From: Lingula anatina
Lineage: Eukaryota > Animalia > Brachiopoda
Direction: 5' to 3'
NCBI GenBank assembly: GCA_051362555.1
Contig: CM120640.1
Span: forward strand, 60,180,788-60,244,787
DNA length: 64,000 bases
Shown here: piece by piece, positions 1 through 14,433 of the stretch
How the letters are laid out: each line of letters opens with the position of its first letter
How positions within the stretch are numbered: the first letter of the stretch is position 1
Made by a program: the position numbers and the translations under genes
The notes under the pieces: generated by a model
The model's input: only the letters and a program-made list of their open reading frames with translations
What the model was told of the DNA's origin: nothing
Database searches by the model: none

Positions 1-88
1 TCTCAGTATCTGCTAACTTTATATTGGTTTGCAAAGTACACTCATATTGTACAGCTGTTCTCTTACTTAGATTTACAATATTTTTCAG

Positions 89-3000
89 GATCGTAGAGAC
101 TTTGGGCGCAGTAATGGTGCCCGCCCTCCACCCCCACCTCCAGGCCCTCCACCACCACCTGTTAATGGGAATTGGAAGCAAGCCAACAGACAAGGTGAAT
201 ACCGATACTTCTAGACATACAGCAGACCAGGGAGGGGGGGTGGCTGTTGGAATTGTCTGGGTTATAAGTCATGTTCTGGCCAACTTATATTTCAATCTAC
301 ACTGGTATGTACTATGCCAGAGGAAAAAAGAAATGAAATATCCTTTACTTTTGAATTGCAGATGCTTTATCTTACAATGAATGTAGGATATAGTTCTTTT
401 CAGCTGTTTTAAGCAAACGTGTTATTTTCCCTATAAAGATTTCTGGAAATGCATTTTAGCCTTGTCTGTTTTGAGTGTTATTGCAAGGCTGCAGGAAAAA
501 TGACTCAGATACTGAGGATCAGCTATGTTTGTATTATTAGTGTGTTCATTGACTGCTGATATGTAATGTATGACTGTGTATAGCGTGAAGAAGCCTATAA
601 TAGAGTAGGATAGTTTGTATGTCACCTTATTTCCATTTTTGTGCATCATTTCACATTTATCGGGATAAAAAGAAAAAACAAGCATTATATTTGATTAAAT
701 ATGTATTGTAAATGCTCATACCTTGCCTTAATCTACTTAAAAAGTCTAAAGCATAAAAAACATTGCTTATATTGTTGCCAAGCTACTCACAAGGTGACAG
801 ATCATTAAATATAGAATATGTAATTATTTTTATTATGATTTGAATGAGAATGAGTGTTTAACTTGTATAAAAAAATTAATTGTCAACCATAAAATGTAAA
901 TAATTTAAATGATAAGATAATATATTATACATCACAGTCATTTATCACACAAATTAACACATGTATTGTTATGATCATTAGCTGTATAAAACAAGAATTG
1001 GGTTGTTAGGGGCATCTAAAAGGACATTGTCTAAATACAGTTCTCTTGTCCTTCATTGACATAATATTCAGCAATTTTCAGAGACTAGATTTATATAATT
1101 CATTATGAGTATAATTTTCTTCTCTTTCCCCCCTCAGAATAAAAATGCGAGATATCGAAGATATCTTTATCAGATTCTTTTGGGTTTTAATTCACCCTTA
1201 AAATTTTGTAATAGTAAAACTCTATAGATTTATTAGCCACGTCCCATTATTAGAATATTGACTCTGTGCAATAAGTTTCTCGGAAATTCTTCTTTTAAAC
1301 AATGAAGAGAAAAAGGTAGATGAAAACAAACAAGATGCACTTAATTCTTTAAAAAAACTGTTATCACTGCACATATGATTGTAAGGCACATTATGTTGAT
1401 AATAGTTGAAATATGCTTACAAGAAGTAACTAACCAAAGATATGAATAAGATTACATAATATTTTTTCACATTGATATTTTGTTTTAGAAAGTGCAAACA
1501 TTTTATATAAGATAATTTAGTGTGTAAGATATACTGTATGAAAATTTATCTGTGGTAATTCATAGAATGATTGAATTCAAATTTCACATGATCATTGCCA
1601 ATGAACATTCCAAACAGTTGGTGTTTTGATCTGTCTGTTGTTAATGAATGTTTGTTTATGGAAACATGATTTCATTCATAAAAGCACGTTGTATCTCTCC
1701 TCTAAATGTTTTGTCTGCACTTAATAACCTGTTCTCTAGGTGACCTAATACACTGGGCTTGACTGTGTATCAGTGTGATGGCCTCATTATATCTCTTGCT
1801 TTTTCATTTTAGTTTTGTTCATTAATCTTAACAATTTTTCTTTTACCTGTGGGCATTCTATTTCAGATACAGTACATCCTAAGTGATTGGATTAATTTCT
1901 TTACTAAGAATGTGTTTCTACTTACACATTAATTTTGTATTTCAGTTCTGGTGGTTGTAGATTTGACATAATGCATTGCCATACTTAGCTTTAGCTTCAG
2001 TAGATAGTTTACTTGCAACAGTTGTCTCCAAGCTCTTTCTTGCACGTTTCCTGTGGCCAGCAGATGGGGTTGGTGATCAAGACTGTCTGCTGGGAGTAGT
2101 ACCACTCTTACGTAATTTGATTCTGTGCTCCAGATACTGCTTGTGGCTATATTTTTTCTTGTATTTGAAATTTTTTCTGAACTCTAATTTTCTTTCTTTT
2201 GCTTGGTAACACTTGTTCTAGAATACTTCAGTGAAAAATTACATTTCTGATTGAGTTTAATTTCTCAAACAGTCTAAGACGTGTTCTATATATAAAAGAT
2301 GAACCCTTTTGTGTGTTTTACGTTTTCAGTGAACATTATTTGTAAGTCCTATTTGTTGTGATGATTTATCAAGTTAAAGCTTTGTGCATATGAAAATGCT
2401 TGATATCCCTTTGGCAGTGCATTATGTGAATTTTGGAGGCAGTCTCTAGTATCCATATTTATGATATAATTTTTTTAGACAAGCTAAGGTTGTGGGACCA
2501 ATACCATGTTGGTTTATGTAACATATCAAGGTATTATTTTTACACCTCATAATTGTTAGATAATGTTCTATTTAATTTAAGCAATAAAATATGGGATTTT
2601 TCATATTCTAATCAACTCTTGTGTTGTATTCATATTTCAGTGCTGACACTGTTGTGGTCACATGACACCATCTGTTCAACATTGTTATGCAGTTTTCAAG
2701 AGGCTCAGCCTTTCTGCATCCATGTTTTATATGCAGACAGTAATGTCTGTACATATTGCTATCACTTGCGTCTGTATGTAAAGTCACAGTAATTACTCAT
2801 TGTTCTGGCATACAGATTAGATTTGAATCTGGGCATTATCAGATTGTTCCCCATTTTTTCAAATGATTTCAATCTCGTGTATCGTTCATATGGTAGGTGG
2901 GTTTGAGTGGAAAACTTCTGATGTTACTTATGTGTGAAATGGCATTTCTGTAAAAACTATTTGATTCCATTCCTCTCAAGCACCTTTTTTCTACAATGTA

Positions 3001-4249
3001 TATTTTTACAACATAACTTTAACCCTTTGTACCATATTTATTATACAAATGGTGTATCTTGTTTACATGACATAGTTCACAATGTAATAAATATCACATG
3101 AAGTACATAATGCACTCCATTTTTACACTACAAATGGCCAGTGTATACTGTCAGAAAACTATAAGCTTGCAGATTTTTTGGCAACCATATAAAAGGCGCC
3201 ATTGTAAATTCTCTGTAATTCTGTAACATCATTTTTTTTTTTTTTTTTTTTGGATGGGGGGTTCATTTTCTCAATAACCAATGAATCTTTCAATGCAGCA
3301 TTTTAAGTGAACATTTTAAATCTAATGTTGCAATTCAGATCTGATAACTGAAAAATTAAATATGTCATAACTGAAGGAATTATAGGAAAAGTAAATATAC
3401 CTTCTTCAGTGGCATCCCACTGGAAAGAGGTCACTCTTTCTGGGGCCTAAAATGATTAAAACGATGACATCTTCTCATTTACATCGTTTTTTTTTTTTTT
3501 TTTTAAACTTTTTGATCACTTTAGGGGCTAATGAGTGAAGCATGGGTATGTCTGACATAATTGGTGCAAATGTGTCTCTCTGCCCATAGTAATGCATGCT
3601 TCTCATTGGTGTTTAGCACACTCTCCTGTGAGCAATTTTCTGTCATTTGCATATTAAAATTTATATTGAACATCAAATTCTTATAGTGACCATGAAATGG
3701 AAACCATTGATAAATTTGAATGCTTCAAACTTACAAAAATTCTACTCACAAGTTAATATGTGAACTTTTATGTTGCACTTCTGGTTGCCCCCTGATTATG
3801 TTACTTAAATTAAATTTCCTCTTTGTGATAAATGTATTATGTTATATTGATCTCAGAATTTTTCCAGTGTTTAAAGCAGCATGTGTCGTACTATGAACAC
3901 CAAGTGAATCTCGAGCAGTGGCAGAAGTGTATGCTGAAGGGGCATGTTGATGTTTTTGTTTGAAAATGCACTTTACTTTACTCCATAGATCTGCTGTTTC
4001 TTTGCATATCTTTTTTCTGACCTGGTTTTCCTTTTCATATGTAATTGCCACTTCAGTTTGCACTTGTATATTTTATTTTTCTGTTTATTGCTGTTTTTGT
4101 CCTTAGCATATTTCCAGTGGAGTTGATATATAGAGAAAAGTTGTGGGATGACTTGCAGCATTTTCTAACTGTTTTAGTGAATACTAATATAAGAAAGCTA
4201 ACTGAAAATGTTCTCGATGTGTAGACATTATAACATTTATTGTCATCTC

Positions 4250-4326
<77 letters not shown>

Positions 4327-5316
4327 ATAATACATCAAAAATGTTGCTTATTTTGATTTCCTACTGAATCATCTCTTGTGAGCTACATGAACTCAAAAAG
4401 CCATAATCATGCACCCTTGTATATTTGACTTATTTTTGCTTAAATATTACTAACAACAGCACAAACATTAGGCTTACCTTCTTTGCAAGCTAGAATATTA
4501 ACAACAACACATTTTGCACAATGATTTTCAGAAGAAACAAAGAAACCAAAACCAAAGGAAAATGAGGAGAAAACAATAAGTAAGTTGTTTCCATGATGCA
4601 GTGTAGTAACAGTTGCTGCTAATAGATGGGGACACTACTGACTACAGTTGCTTTTCTCAGATTGACCCTCCACATTTCCCTAGAAACCAGTGGAATATGA
4701 ATGTTTTATAAGAGATAACCTCAGTGTTATTTACTAGATTTAGATTTTTTTATTCTTAGCATGGAGTAATAATACTGTTATTCTCCCCCAAAGACAGATT
4801 AGCATGCCACACATGCATGTTATTTTCTCACAATCAGTAGCAGTGCTTTAATTAATTAGCTTTTCCTTTTTCTTTTGAAAGAGCATAGTTCACCAAGCTT
4901 CTCTCACACCTAATTCTTATATGTGCAAAGTTCGCCTACAGGTAGGCTTTTCCAAGGAAACATAATTGCAAGAAAGAAGTTGGTATTGTTATAATAATGT
5001 AATAACAAACTATTTGAATCTATTGAGCAGAAAAGTGACATTTGATAACATGATGGAATTGCCTATGATGGGAAGGCTTGCACTTATTAGTAGTATGGTA
5101 AATACACTTGCATGACCAACCCCTAAACTATAAATTAATCTTTACATAAGATGACATACTAATATTTTTTTAGAGCACATCATTTTATTTATCCTTTGTG
5201 TAAATAGCACATGCACCATACATTTTAGTATTTCAACCTCAACCTTTTTTCCAAATGTTAAAATTATACCAAACATTTTTCTTTACATAATTTTAATAAC
5301 CAGAATGTAGCTGTTT

Positions 5317-5359
<43 letters not shown>

Positions 5360-8300
5360 TGTAGAGAGGTAGATTTGTCTTTATCTTTCCTTGCATTTTG
5401 CTGTTTAATAGAATTTAGTAGATTTACCTTATGTTTTATTTTAACACTTATTAGTTGTCAAGTACAAAGTGCTTAGCTTTTATTGCTTAGATTTGTTGTA
5501 GTTGTGCATAATCTGTTGTTTCAATTTAGTTTGTTAAAAGTGTTCTGTGTGTATGCAAATAACCACTCCTTTATTTTGTTGTATAAAGTATTAAAATATG
5601 TAGCTTCTTTACTGTATTATTTTGGCCTGTTTTTGTTTAGTTCATAAGGCTGCATCTAAAGATGATCTCCATAATGAACTGAAGAATCAGTTAACAAAAG
5701 GGAAGAACCGCAATTCCCGCCCTGTGTCACATGGACGCCCTATTTCAGCAGTGTACCTGACAATGTACTCCACAACTGAAGAGGTTGGGGAATGGTTGCA
5801 ATCCAAGAACTTTCCAGAAAGGTAAAAAGCCGATGGTTGTAGAATCATTTTAATGAAATTTGACGGCTCTTATTATCCTTACAGATTGTTTTTATTTAAT
5901 TTGAAATCACATGACTGTACTTTTATGGAATATAAGGTTTGCTCAGTGAATGAGTGACAAAAAGAGTTCCATTTTCTACACCTGTGCTCAGGCTAACCGT
6001 TGATATTTCACTCTGCTGAAAATTAAACCAACTGCTTGAACTTTCCCTTAAACATGAGGAACCAAGTTCTGGTTCAACTGTGAAAAAGGGAGAGGCTGGC
6101 ATGATTTTCACAGTGAAGGTCTCCTGGACAGGCAAGGTTCATGTGAAAATATAATATGTTAAAATGAATTGTATGTTAACATCGAATGCCTCTGAAAGAA
6201 TGCACGCTATCACATGACCTATATTCTGATTTGACCCATGCATATACTTTTGTTCAATGTTTGTTCCCATTCTTATGCACATGTGCCAAGCCCAGTTAAA
6301 GCACTCTCAACATTTCACTGAACATTGCTCAACATTTGGAGAGCAATATTTAATGAGCATGCTGTTAACCATTTTGCCCAACATTAGTTGTGCAGTGGAA
6401 ACATGCTCAGCTGTAACCTTGAATGAATGTTGTAAAATTGCCATATTATTTAAAAAGCATGTGCATAATCCTAAAAACTACTTAAAACTACTACCATACT
6501 AGTATACCAGAATGCATAAATCCAGGTCAAACCAGGTTTCAAAATAAATTTTGCAAAATACCCATATCTTGACTTAATTTTTGCTCACAATGGCGTCAGT
6601 TTTGAAGCAGCCTGACAGCGTTATGGCTTGTGGTTAATGAGGACAACGATGGAAACAATATTAAAAAGAGAAAAACGAGAGTATGGATGAAAATAAGGCA
6701 TTGTGAGAAATAATGTGAATCTTCTCAAGCCTCTTCAGAAAAAAATAGAAATGAAGACATAACAAGTCTGCTATTCAGTACCCATTATAGTATTGGAACA
6801 ACATACATGTATAAAATTAAAATTTTTATTTACAAAAATAAAAAGTCCATGCCTCACATGCCATGTCACATACATAGTCTCTGCATCACGCCAATGGCCT
6901 TTAACCTAGACCACTTGACTTATTATATCACATTACAACTTTTCTTTCATTTCTTTTTAAATTACAATATTGTAACAGAACAACTCATAACATACATACA
7001 GTAAATGTAATAAATAATAACACAAAATGTATATAATACTAAATGTCAACTGGATCCATTAAATTGTCAACTTCAACCTAAACTCGTTTAATGAAAACAT
7101 TTAAAAAAAACTAGAGGTCGTCCTTATTTCTCTCCTTGTGGAATCATCTCTCGCAGTTGTCAATGTCCCCTTTTTACGACATATTGTAAGTGGTGTGGAT
7201 TCATCTGCTGTTCGGTATGTTTTACATTTGGTGTTCTTCAAGAGAACTGTATCACCCACCATTAGTGCAGATTTCTTTATATTTGTTGTACGATTGGCAT
7301 AATACTTAGTCACTTTCTTGCTGTTCTGATCAATATGCCTGATTGTAGAATCAATGTTCAGCATTTTTGGCACATGGAAGTTTACAGCTGATATCCCTTC
7401 TGAAAAGTGCATTTGCAGGAGGAATACCGGTAGAAGCATATGGCCTCATTCTATAATCAAGGAGAAAATCATTCATAGCTTGTTTTCAGTTGCGCTTCAT
7501 TTCAATGGTGCACTTGATTGACTTTTTCAAAGGCCCCATAAAACGCTCTGTTACTCCATTTGCCTGAGGCCACAGTGGTGTTATTTTGCAATGTTTGAAA
7601 CTGGTTTTCTTGGCATTAACCGCTATGTCATTTCCATTGTATAGAGGTCCATTATCTGTTTTTAATACCGAAGGCACACCTAACTCAGCAAAAACCTTAT
7701 CCAACCGTGGGATAACACTGTGCTGAAGTTGAGGTTAAAATTTCAACAATGACATACTGTGTGTATTCATCAGTTATCATGAAAAGTTTGTGACCACTAG
7801 GTCCCTCTCCAAAGTCAGCATTACATAAGTTCTGTCCAAGGGTCGATTGGGAGTTCTATAATGCGAAGAGGCTTTTGCGTGGTTATATTCGTTGAAATTT
7901 GGCAATGTCTACACAATTTCACAGTGTCCACGACAAGTTTTTGCATTTTAGGAAACCTGCATTTTAGGAAGGCTGTAGGCCTTGATTTTAATACTTGAAA
8001 CATGTAACGCTCGTCTTGGGTGTGAAAGATAGCATAAGTGCCTTCTTCTTTTGCGGACTTGTTATACCATAACCGACAAATACATTGTTTTTCAATCCGT
8101 TCACCCATTTTGTCCATCTAATGGCAAGGCCTTCTGACTTTCAGTCAAGTTCATGATAGGTAGGTATCTGTAAAGATGGACTGGCCATTATAACAATTCT
8201 GCACAGGCTGTATCGAGCTATACTGTTATCATTGAATTTCGTTATAGCCAATGTCTGTTTTTGAAAGATATATATTCTTACTTGGTTTTGCTCCCTTGTG

Positions 8301-8683
8301 AGTCTGTTCTTTCCTTGTCACCAGATATAGTATTGGAACAACATACACGTATAAAATTTAAAATGTTTATTTACAGAAATTAAAAGGCCATGTCTCGCAT
8401 GCCACATCACATACATAGTCTCCACTTCACTCCAAGGACCTTTAACCTAGACCATGTGACTTATTACACCACACCCATCTCAGAGTATTAGTTCAGACCT
8501 GCACAAAATTGGGAAGACCTGCAGATTTCTTGTAGCTCAGGTCCTTCAGAATTTTAGTACTTCCAAAGTTTTCCCCATGTCTTACTGGGAACAGTTAGCC
8601 ATTTAAAGTGCACACACAAACTTATAAACCGTCACAAACATTGGTTAAAAGAAAAACTAATGTTTAAGACAAATTTGGGCAGG

Positions 8684-8732
<49 letters not shown>

Positions 8733-10006
8733 TTGGGGGGGGGGGGGCTAAAAGAAAATTGGTGCTTTTAGCAATTATCCTTTAATTTTAATCCATTTCA
8801 GAGTTGTGTATAAATTAGATGAATATGATGGGGAATCCTTATTCAAGGCTAGCCAAGCTGAGCTGGAGAGGTTAATAGGAAAGGAACAGGGGCAGAGACT
8901 TGCAAGCCAAGTACTGGTGCAGAAAAATCTTTCTGGGGTAAACACATCTCTCAAATGTATTATCAACTTAAAAGTCATTTTGTCATGGTAATATTTCACC
9001 ATATTTCATAAAACACATCTGTGTATAGATTGAATATTATTTGTTTGAAGTAAAATGTTTTTTGTTTAAAGTTTTGAGAAGAACATTTTTTCCAGTTCAA
9101 GGATACCAATAGTGGCAACAATGAACTTGCAGCAATTCTGCAGAAAAGAAAGCAGCGTGCAGACTCATCAGAGAATGGGAAGCGAGACTCTGGTCTTGGC
9201 AGCCCCCCTGATTTCTCTCCTGCCACCCCACCACGCTCTGACTATGACCAATCAGACAGTCTGTCAGGTTTGTTATAACTTTTCTATTTGTTGTAAAAGT
9301 TTAATTTCTCTAAAGTTCAACTGCGCAAATTGCTTTTTATGTCATTATTTCATAAATATATGTTAGAAATATAGTTAAAAATGCCCTAATGAAAAAAATC
9401 CCAACAATATAAAGTTATACATATAGACAAATGGGTATTGTCCTATTCAGAAAATGAAATCCTTATTTTTGTTTAAGAATTGCTGTTCAATACATATTAT
9501 TTGTGTTGTTTTCAGTGTCTTCTGCCGATGAAAGAGCAGCAGTACAGTCATTGAATGATGTGTTGAACCACAATTTCTAGTGTCCCTTAACTAACTTTGC
9601 TACCTCTTAGATTATAGTTCCATAACAACCGTACCTCAAGCTCTGGGATCATTTTAGGCTGATACATCATAACACGAAATCTAAATAGTTACTAGTTTGG
9701 TCAAAATTGATCAGTTGATAATAACAATTATTGAATCAAACAGAAAAAAGTGTCAAAATGTCACTTTATTAAAATGAAACCAGACATGTCTCTGATCATT
9801 GTTTCGAATTGGCCCCCTTGATTCCATTGATCTTGTAATTTGTGCACACTTGTCTGATTTGCTGACCAGTTTCATCTTTGTTGTTGTCAGTGTCATCAGA
9901 AGACCAGCCCACTGGCAACACATTGAGGGACCAGCTCAGACGACAACGCAAAAAAATCACTACTAACTCTCCCCAGGGTGGTAGGGAGCGGTTTTCATAC
10001 TACTAA
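89..10006 (+). CDS. EPS8: EPS8-family protein, 3' part (Pro-rich region plus C-terminal SAM/PNT actin-binding region); 5' end lies outside the window
   Basis: Phase-consistent GT-AG exons 89-194 (PPPPPGPPPPP), 4532-4579, 5641-5821, 8802-8937, 9096-9267, then last exon 9516-9580 or 9891-10006. The peptide HNELKNQLTKG..LTMYSTTEEVGEWLQSKNF..DGESLF..GQRLASQVLVQK..NELAAILQKRKQ matches the EPS8 C-terminus (DELIHRLT..STPEDVKTWLQSKGF..GARVYSQITVQK..ELQEIMRRRQ). Confidence 0.85.
4247..4323. repeat. (CT)n(CA)n compound microsatellite
   Basis: Directly visible; source of the spurious [11 protein letters not shown]. Confidence 0.95.
5317..5360. repeat. (ATTT)n microsatellite
   Basis: Directly visible. 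Confidence 0.9.
6786..8473 (-). mobile_element. Internally deleted Gypsy/Ty3 LTR retrotransposon in an EPS8 intron
   Basis: Direct repeats (LTRs) at 6786-6932 and 8326-8473; 5-bp TSD CCCAT at 6781-6785 and 8474-8478. PBS-like TGGTGACAAG follows the 5' LTR on the minus strand; a purine tract precedes the 3' LTR. Broken integrase fragments: CRHCQ zinc finger, KTDNGPLYNG, TPLWPQANGVTERF, VGDTVLLK. Confidence 0.9.
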
Positions 10007-13000
10007 TACGGTGAAGGATGCAGGGTGCTTGAAGAGGTTGCTCCATGTACACATATGGCAGGGTGCCTATGATACATGTTACTCTTCATAACATGCATTT
10101 GTGGGTGTTGTACTCTGAATTCAAAATAGAGATCCACTCATGATGAATACAAGAAGTAGACTATATGACTGGTGATGGCTGCTGCAAATTTTAACTGCTG
10201 ATGGGCCCACAGGAACAAATAACTACACGACAATGAAATCTGCTTTCAAGAGAAGTTTTGTAAGCTACAGGTCCCTCAAACATGTTGTACTACAGAGGGA
10301 AGGAGTTAGGATATGAAAATACATAAATCATTAACTAAATTTATTCCATTATGACATTACTTCAATGGACATATGATGTGGTAAGGTGAGATTTGATAAT
10401 TTTGGCATTATTGTCACACACTTTGGGCAAACTAATTGGGTTTTTGTCTTCCCATGACACTTAAAAATGTGTAAGTTCGTATGATTTGATAGCAAAACAT
10501 TTTTTATGACCAAAACATGATTACCAATTAGAATCTATGATGTTCTGTTGTATAATATGAGGAGGAGAGTGAAATTCTAGTCTTTACTTGTTGGCATATC
10601 CCAACATGAGGTGCTGGGCATCATACTTTTTGTATTTCTGTGTTTATTTACTGCTAGTTAATTTGTTTGCATTTCTTGTGATAATTTATTGGTTTTCCCC
10701 CCGATGTATTAAATAATTAAGATAATTTGACTGAATATTTTGTGTGGGGCTGATGTGGCTCTGTTTAATCAAGAATTGGGCATGGAAGAATTTTGGAAGT
10801 ATTTTTTATGAAACTTAGAGATTGAGACAGACATTTGAAAAATGTATCAAATTCAAGAATAAAATCTGAAACCCTCTTCAATCAATATCTTTCTCTTACA
10901 TTCAGTTTGTAATCAATCAGATGCTTTTCAGTGAATCAATGAAAAAAGATTCAATTGATTAGATTAATGTTTACTCATAGTTTGAAACTGATCATATTGC
11001 TAAAAGATGTACTTATTTTACATGTACTCTTCATTCCATGCTAAATGTTGCTTGTTTAATATTACTAAATATATGCACAGACTACTGTATAGAGTATAAA
11101 AGCCAATTGTTCTACTGAAATGTAATCTGATATGTCGGATGTATAATTAAAATAATTTGTATATATTTATCATACTGCAATCATTTATTTGATATTATCT
11201 GTGACAGCAAAATTGCATGTCAGTGAATTTATGTTAAATTGTGGCCCTCTCTGCAAATGCTTGGCAGAAGGCATATTGTGCATTTCCTCAATGTTTGTTT
11301 GATTAGAGAACAAGACACCGAATTGTGCACTGAAGAACCAACAGTGAGCAATGTCTGCATATGTTTGTGTATGTGCATTAATGTATTACCAAAACACTTT
11401 TGCTTTGTTTAGATGCTACTTATGGATAAAATCATATTTGTTATCTGTGAAATTTACCTAGTTTCCGTTTGCTCTTTTACAATAGATCATAATTCATACC
11501 AGGGCGAAAGACTTTCTAGAAAGATATGTGACCAAGAGTGAGATTTGAGGGGAGGGTTATCAACTCTTAATAATCTTACACTATACAAAACAACAATAAA
11601 ACTGGAGATTTTATTGTAATTTTGAGCTTTACACACTTAAGTACAGCCGATTTGTCCTGAAGGGGAAAATAAGAGAAGGTTTTGACCCTGAATTGCTCTT
11701 TAAGCACAAATCGACTGCAGTAGTTAGATTGCCATCTTTATTCATACATATATGGGTTGTGTATCAAGACATAGCCTGCCATGTCTATGAAGTTTTGCTA
11801 ATTATATGCATTGGCTATATTAGAAGTTATAAAAAGGTACCAGTTTCACTATTCTTTTTTATATAACAACAAAATTATACTGTGCCAAAATTACTAATAC
11901 AGAAGCAGGGTTTTATCCAAAAACTACAGGATAATTCAGCATTTTTAAATGGAGTTACAATATTTCATCAATATTATTTACATTACATATCAGTACAAAA
12001 ATGTGTTTGCTAGTATAGAATGTTGCCTTCACATATTTGCCATATTTCAGTAAAAATATGTTTAATTAAATTTCTCTGATCATCTGGGAATTTCAGTCTG
12101 ATGTATCAAGACTCTCCCAAGTCGAACAAAATGTAGCGTACAAACTATGCATTCTGTATTTTGCTTTCAAAAATGAATAAATAAATTGTGTAATATTTTG
12201 TTAAAAATATTCTTCTTTGTCTCTATTCACTGAATGCATGGCACAGTAAGAGAATTAAATTGGAGAACCCATAATTCTTGGTAAGAGTCAGTTAAAAAAA
12301 TGCAGTAGGCCTGGAAGATGAATGAAAATTAAATGCATTTAACTGGTGCCATCTAGTGCATGAAAATGATCGGCCAAATAGATGTCCTTTTTAATTTTAC
12401 AGATTCATAAAAGTAAATAAATCATACATGAGATCAAACACAAGTCGAAATTCTTTCATATCATTTAAGAATTTCATCAGCTGTGTTATGTCATAAGAAT
12501 TTTATCTTCAATCAACAGCTGAATATTTAAATAATTTGCCTGAAATATTTTGATGTCTAACAGAGCATCTTTATCAGGGAATGAAGCTATCCAGGTAAAT
12601 AGCCTCTATACAGGAGATATGTTTGATGTCCTGTGTTCTGTGATGACATTCTCTGCATAAAAATGCAGGCCTTATAAACGGATTAGGCGTTATCTAATTC
12701 GAGCCTCAGATTTGTGGGCACAAATACCCATAACTACCCATGTGTGGCCTATACAGCCAGAGGCCAGGCCAAATTGTGTAATAAATGCTAAGCTAGTGGT
12801 GAGTAATTCTATGTTTGGGTTGTTCACTTGTGACTGGATTAATTGGTGCATTAATTGGTGCATTTGTGCTCACAGCTCTAAGGCCCAATTCACACCAGTT
12901 TTTGTTTATGAGGCTTGTTATGGCTAAAAAGTCAATCCCAACTTGTGCAGATACTCACACATTTTTCAACTTGACAGACATCATGCAGTGCTATTAGTCT

Positions 13001-14433
13001 TGTTTGAGGCCCTTTTCACAACCAAAGTTGATTAGCAGATCATACATGGCCAAACCACTTGAATGCTTGCTGTGTAATCCACGTGGGGAATCGATTTGGT
13101 GTTTTTTAGGGATTATGTTACAAGTTTTAAAGTAGGTAGGTAATATTTGATCCACAGATAAGTTGGTGCACGGATCACCTGGTTCTGAATGTGGCCATAG
13201 GCTATCTTGGATGAGCCCCATTCAAATGGTTTCTTGTCTTTTCTGGTTCTCCAAGAACATCCAAGCACAATGGTTTGGGTAGTTTCACTATTCTTAGTTC
13301 AGTTATAACTATTTTATAAGCTTGGGAATAAAAAGGTAAATCTATGAAATGGCGATGCATGTTTTGAAGAAACAAAACAAACAAAAACAAATGGGAACTT
13401 GTATTGTAAGATTTATTGTTAAGATGTTGATCAAGCAGATGTCACATACAGATGATGGAAGACAAGTCCCTTAAATAGCTGGAACATTAATGAAAAACTC
13501 AAAAGTAAAGCAAAAAAAAAAAAAAACTGCAACATTCTACAGGTGTATTTTTCCAATGATCTTTGAACCTTGGGGAACATATCAGACAAAAACCTATTTA
13601 AATGGTGAAAACTACAATATTAATATAACTAAATATATATCTATATATATTATACATACTAAATCTTGGGAAAAATGTGAAACGTGTTAGTCACTGGAAT
13701 GTACATAGGAGTTTTTACTGGATGATTGGAATGAAAAAGTATTTCATTTATCTTGATATGACTTACATGAATATACTTGGAAGCAGTTTTATATATGGGA
13801 ATATGGCCAAACAATAATCATTTAATGCTGCATACTTTTCTTGTCCAGTTCTCTTTCCATATTATTGTTTTTCAGTGTTAAATAATAATTTGGTGGATTT
13901 AGCATGACACTAGAGCATAAAAAATATCACAATAAACAAAACATTCTACATGTACAGGTTTAATTATAGGAAAATGATCAAATATAAAGAACAGTCAGGA
14001 TATCAATATCATTCCTCTGTATATAAATCTATAAAACCAATAATGCAATTATACTTTTATCTATAAATGATGATATATCACAATAATTCTGTTTGGGCAA
14101 CAGGTGAGAAAACTATTCAATCCAACAGAATGGCAATTAGTTGTAAATTTTTAAAAAATACTAACACCCAAATTTCACAGAAACAGCAATTTTTTTTTAG
14201 TTATTATCAAAAGTGTAAAATGGAATTCAACAGTTAAATTACTGGCAATTTGAAATTTTAAACATATGATAAAACAATTCAAAAACATGTCAAAAACCCT
14301 GTTTTAAGGAAATAAAGTTCTTCATTTTAGGCAAAAAATGTCAACTTGTTTGTTGCAATATAGGCAAAGGTCAATTGACATTAAACAAAGTCCTGTCTTC
14401 CATATTAACGCCTGGAAGTAGTGTGATGATATT

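Noticed and set aside
11644-11717. SECIS interpretation of the 3' UTR stem
   Set aside because: No AUGA/GA quartet, and no in-frame UGA in the EPS8 exons seen.
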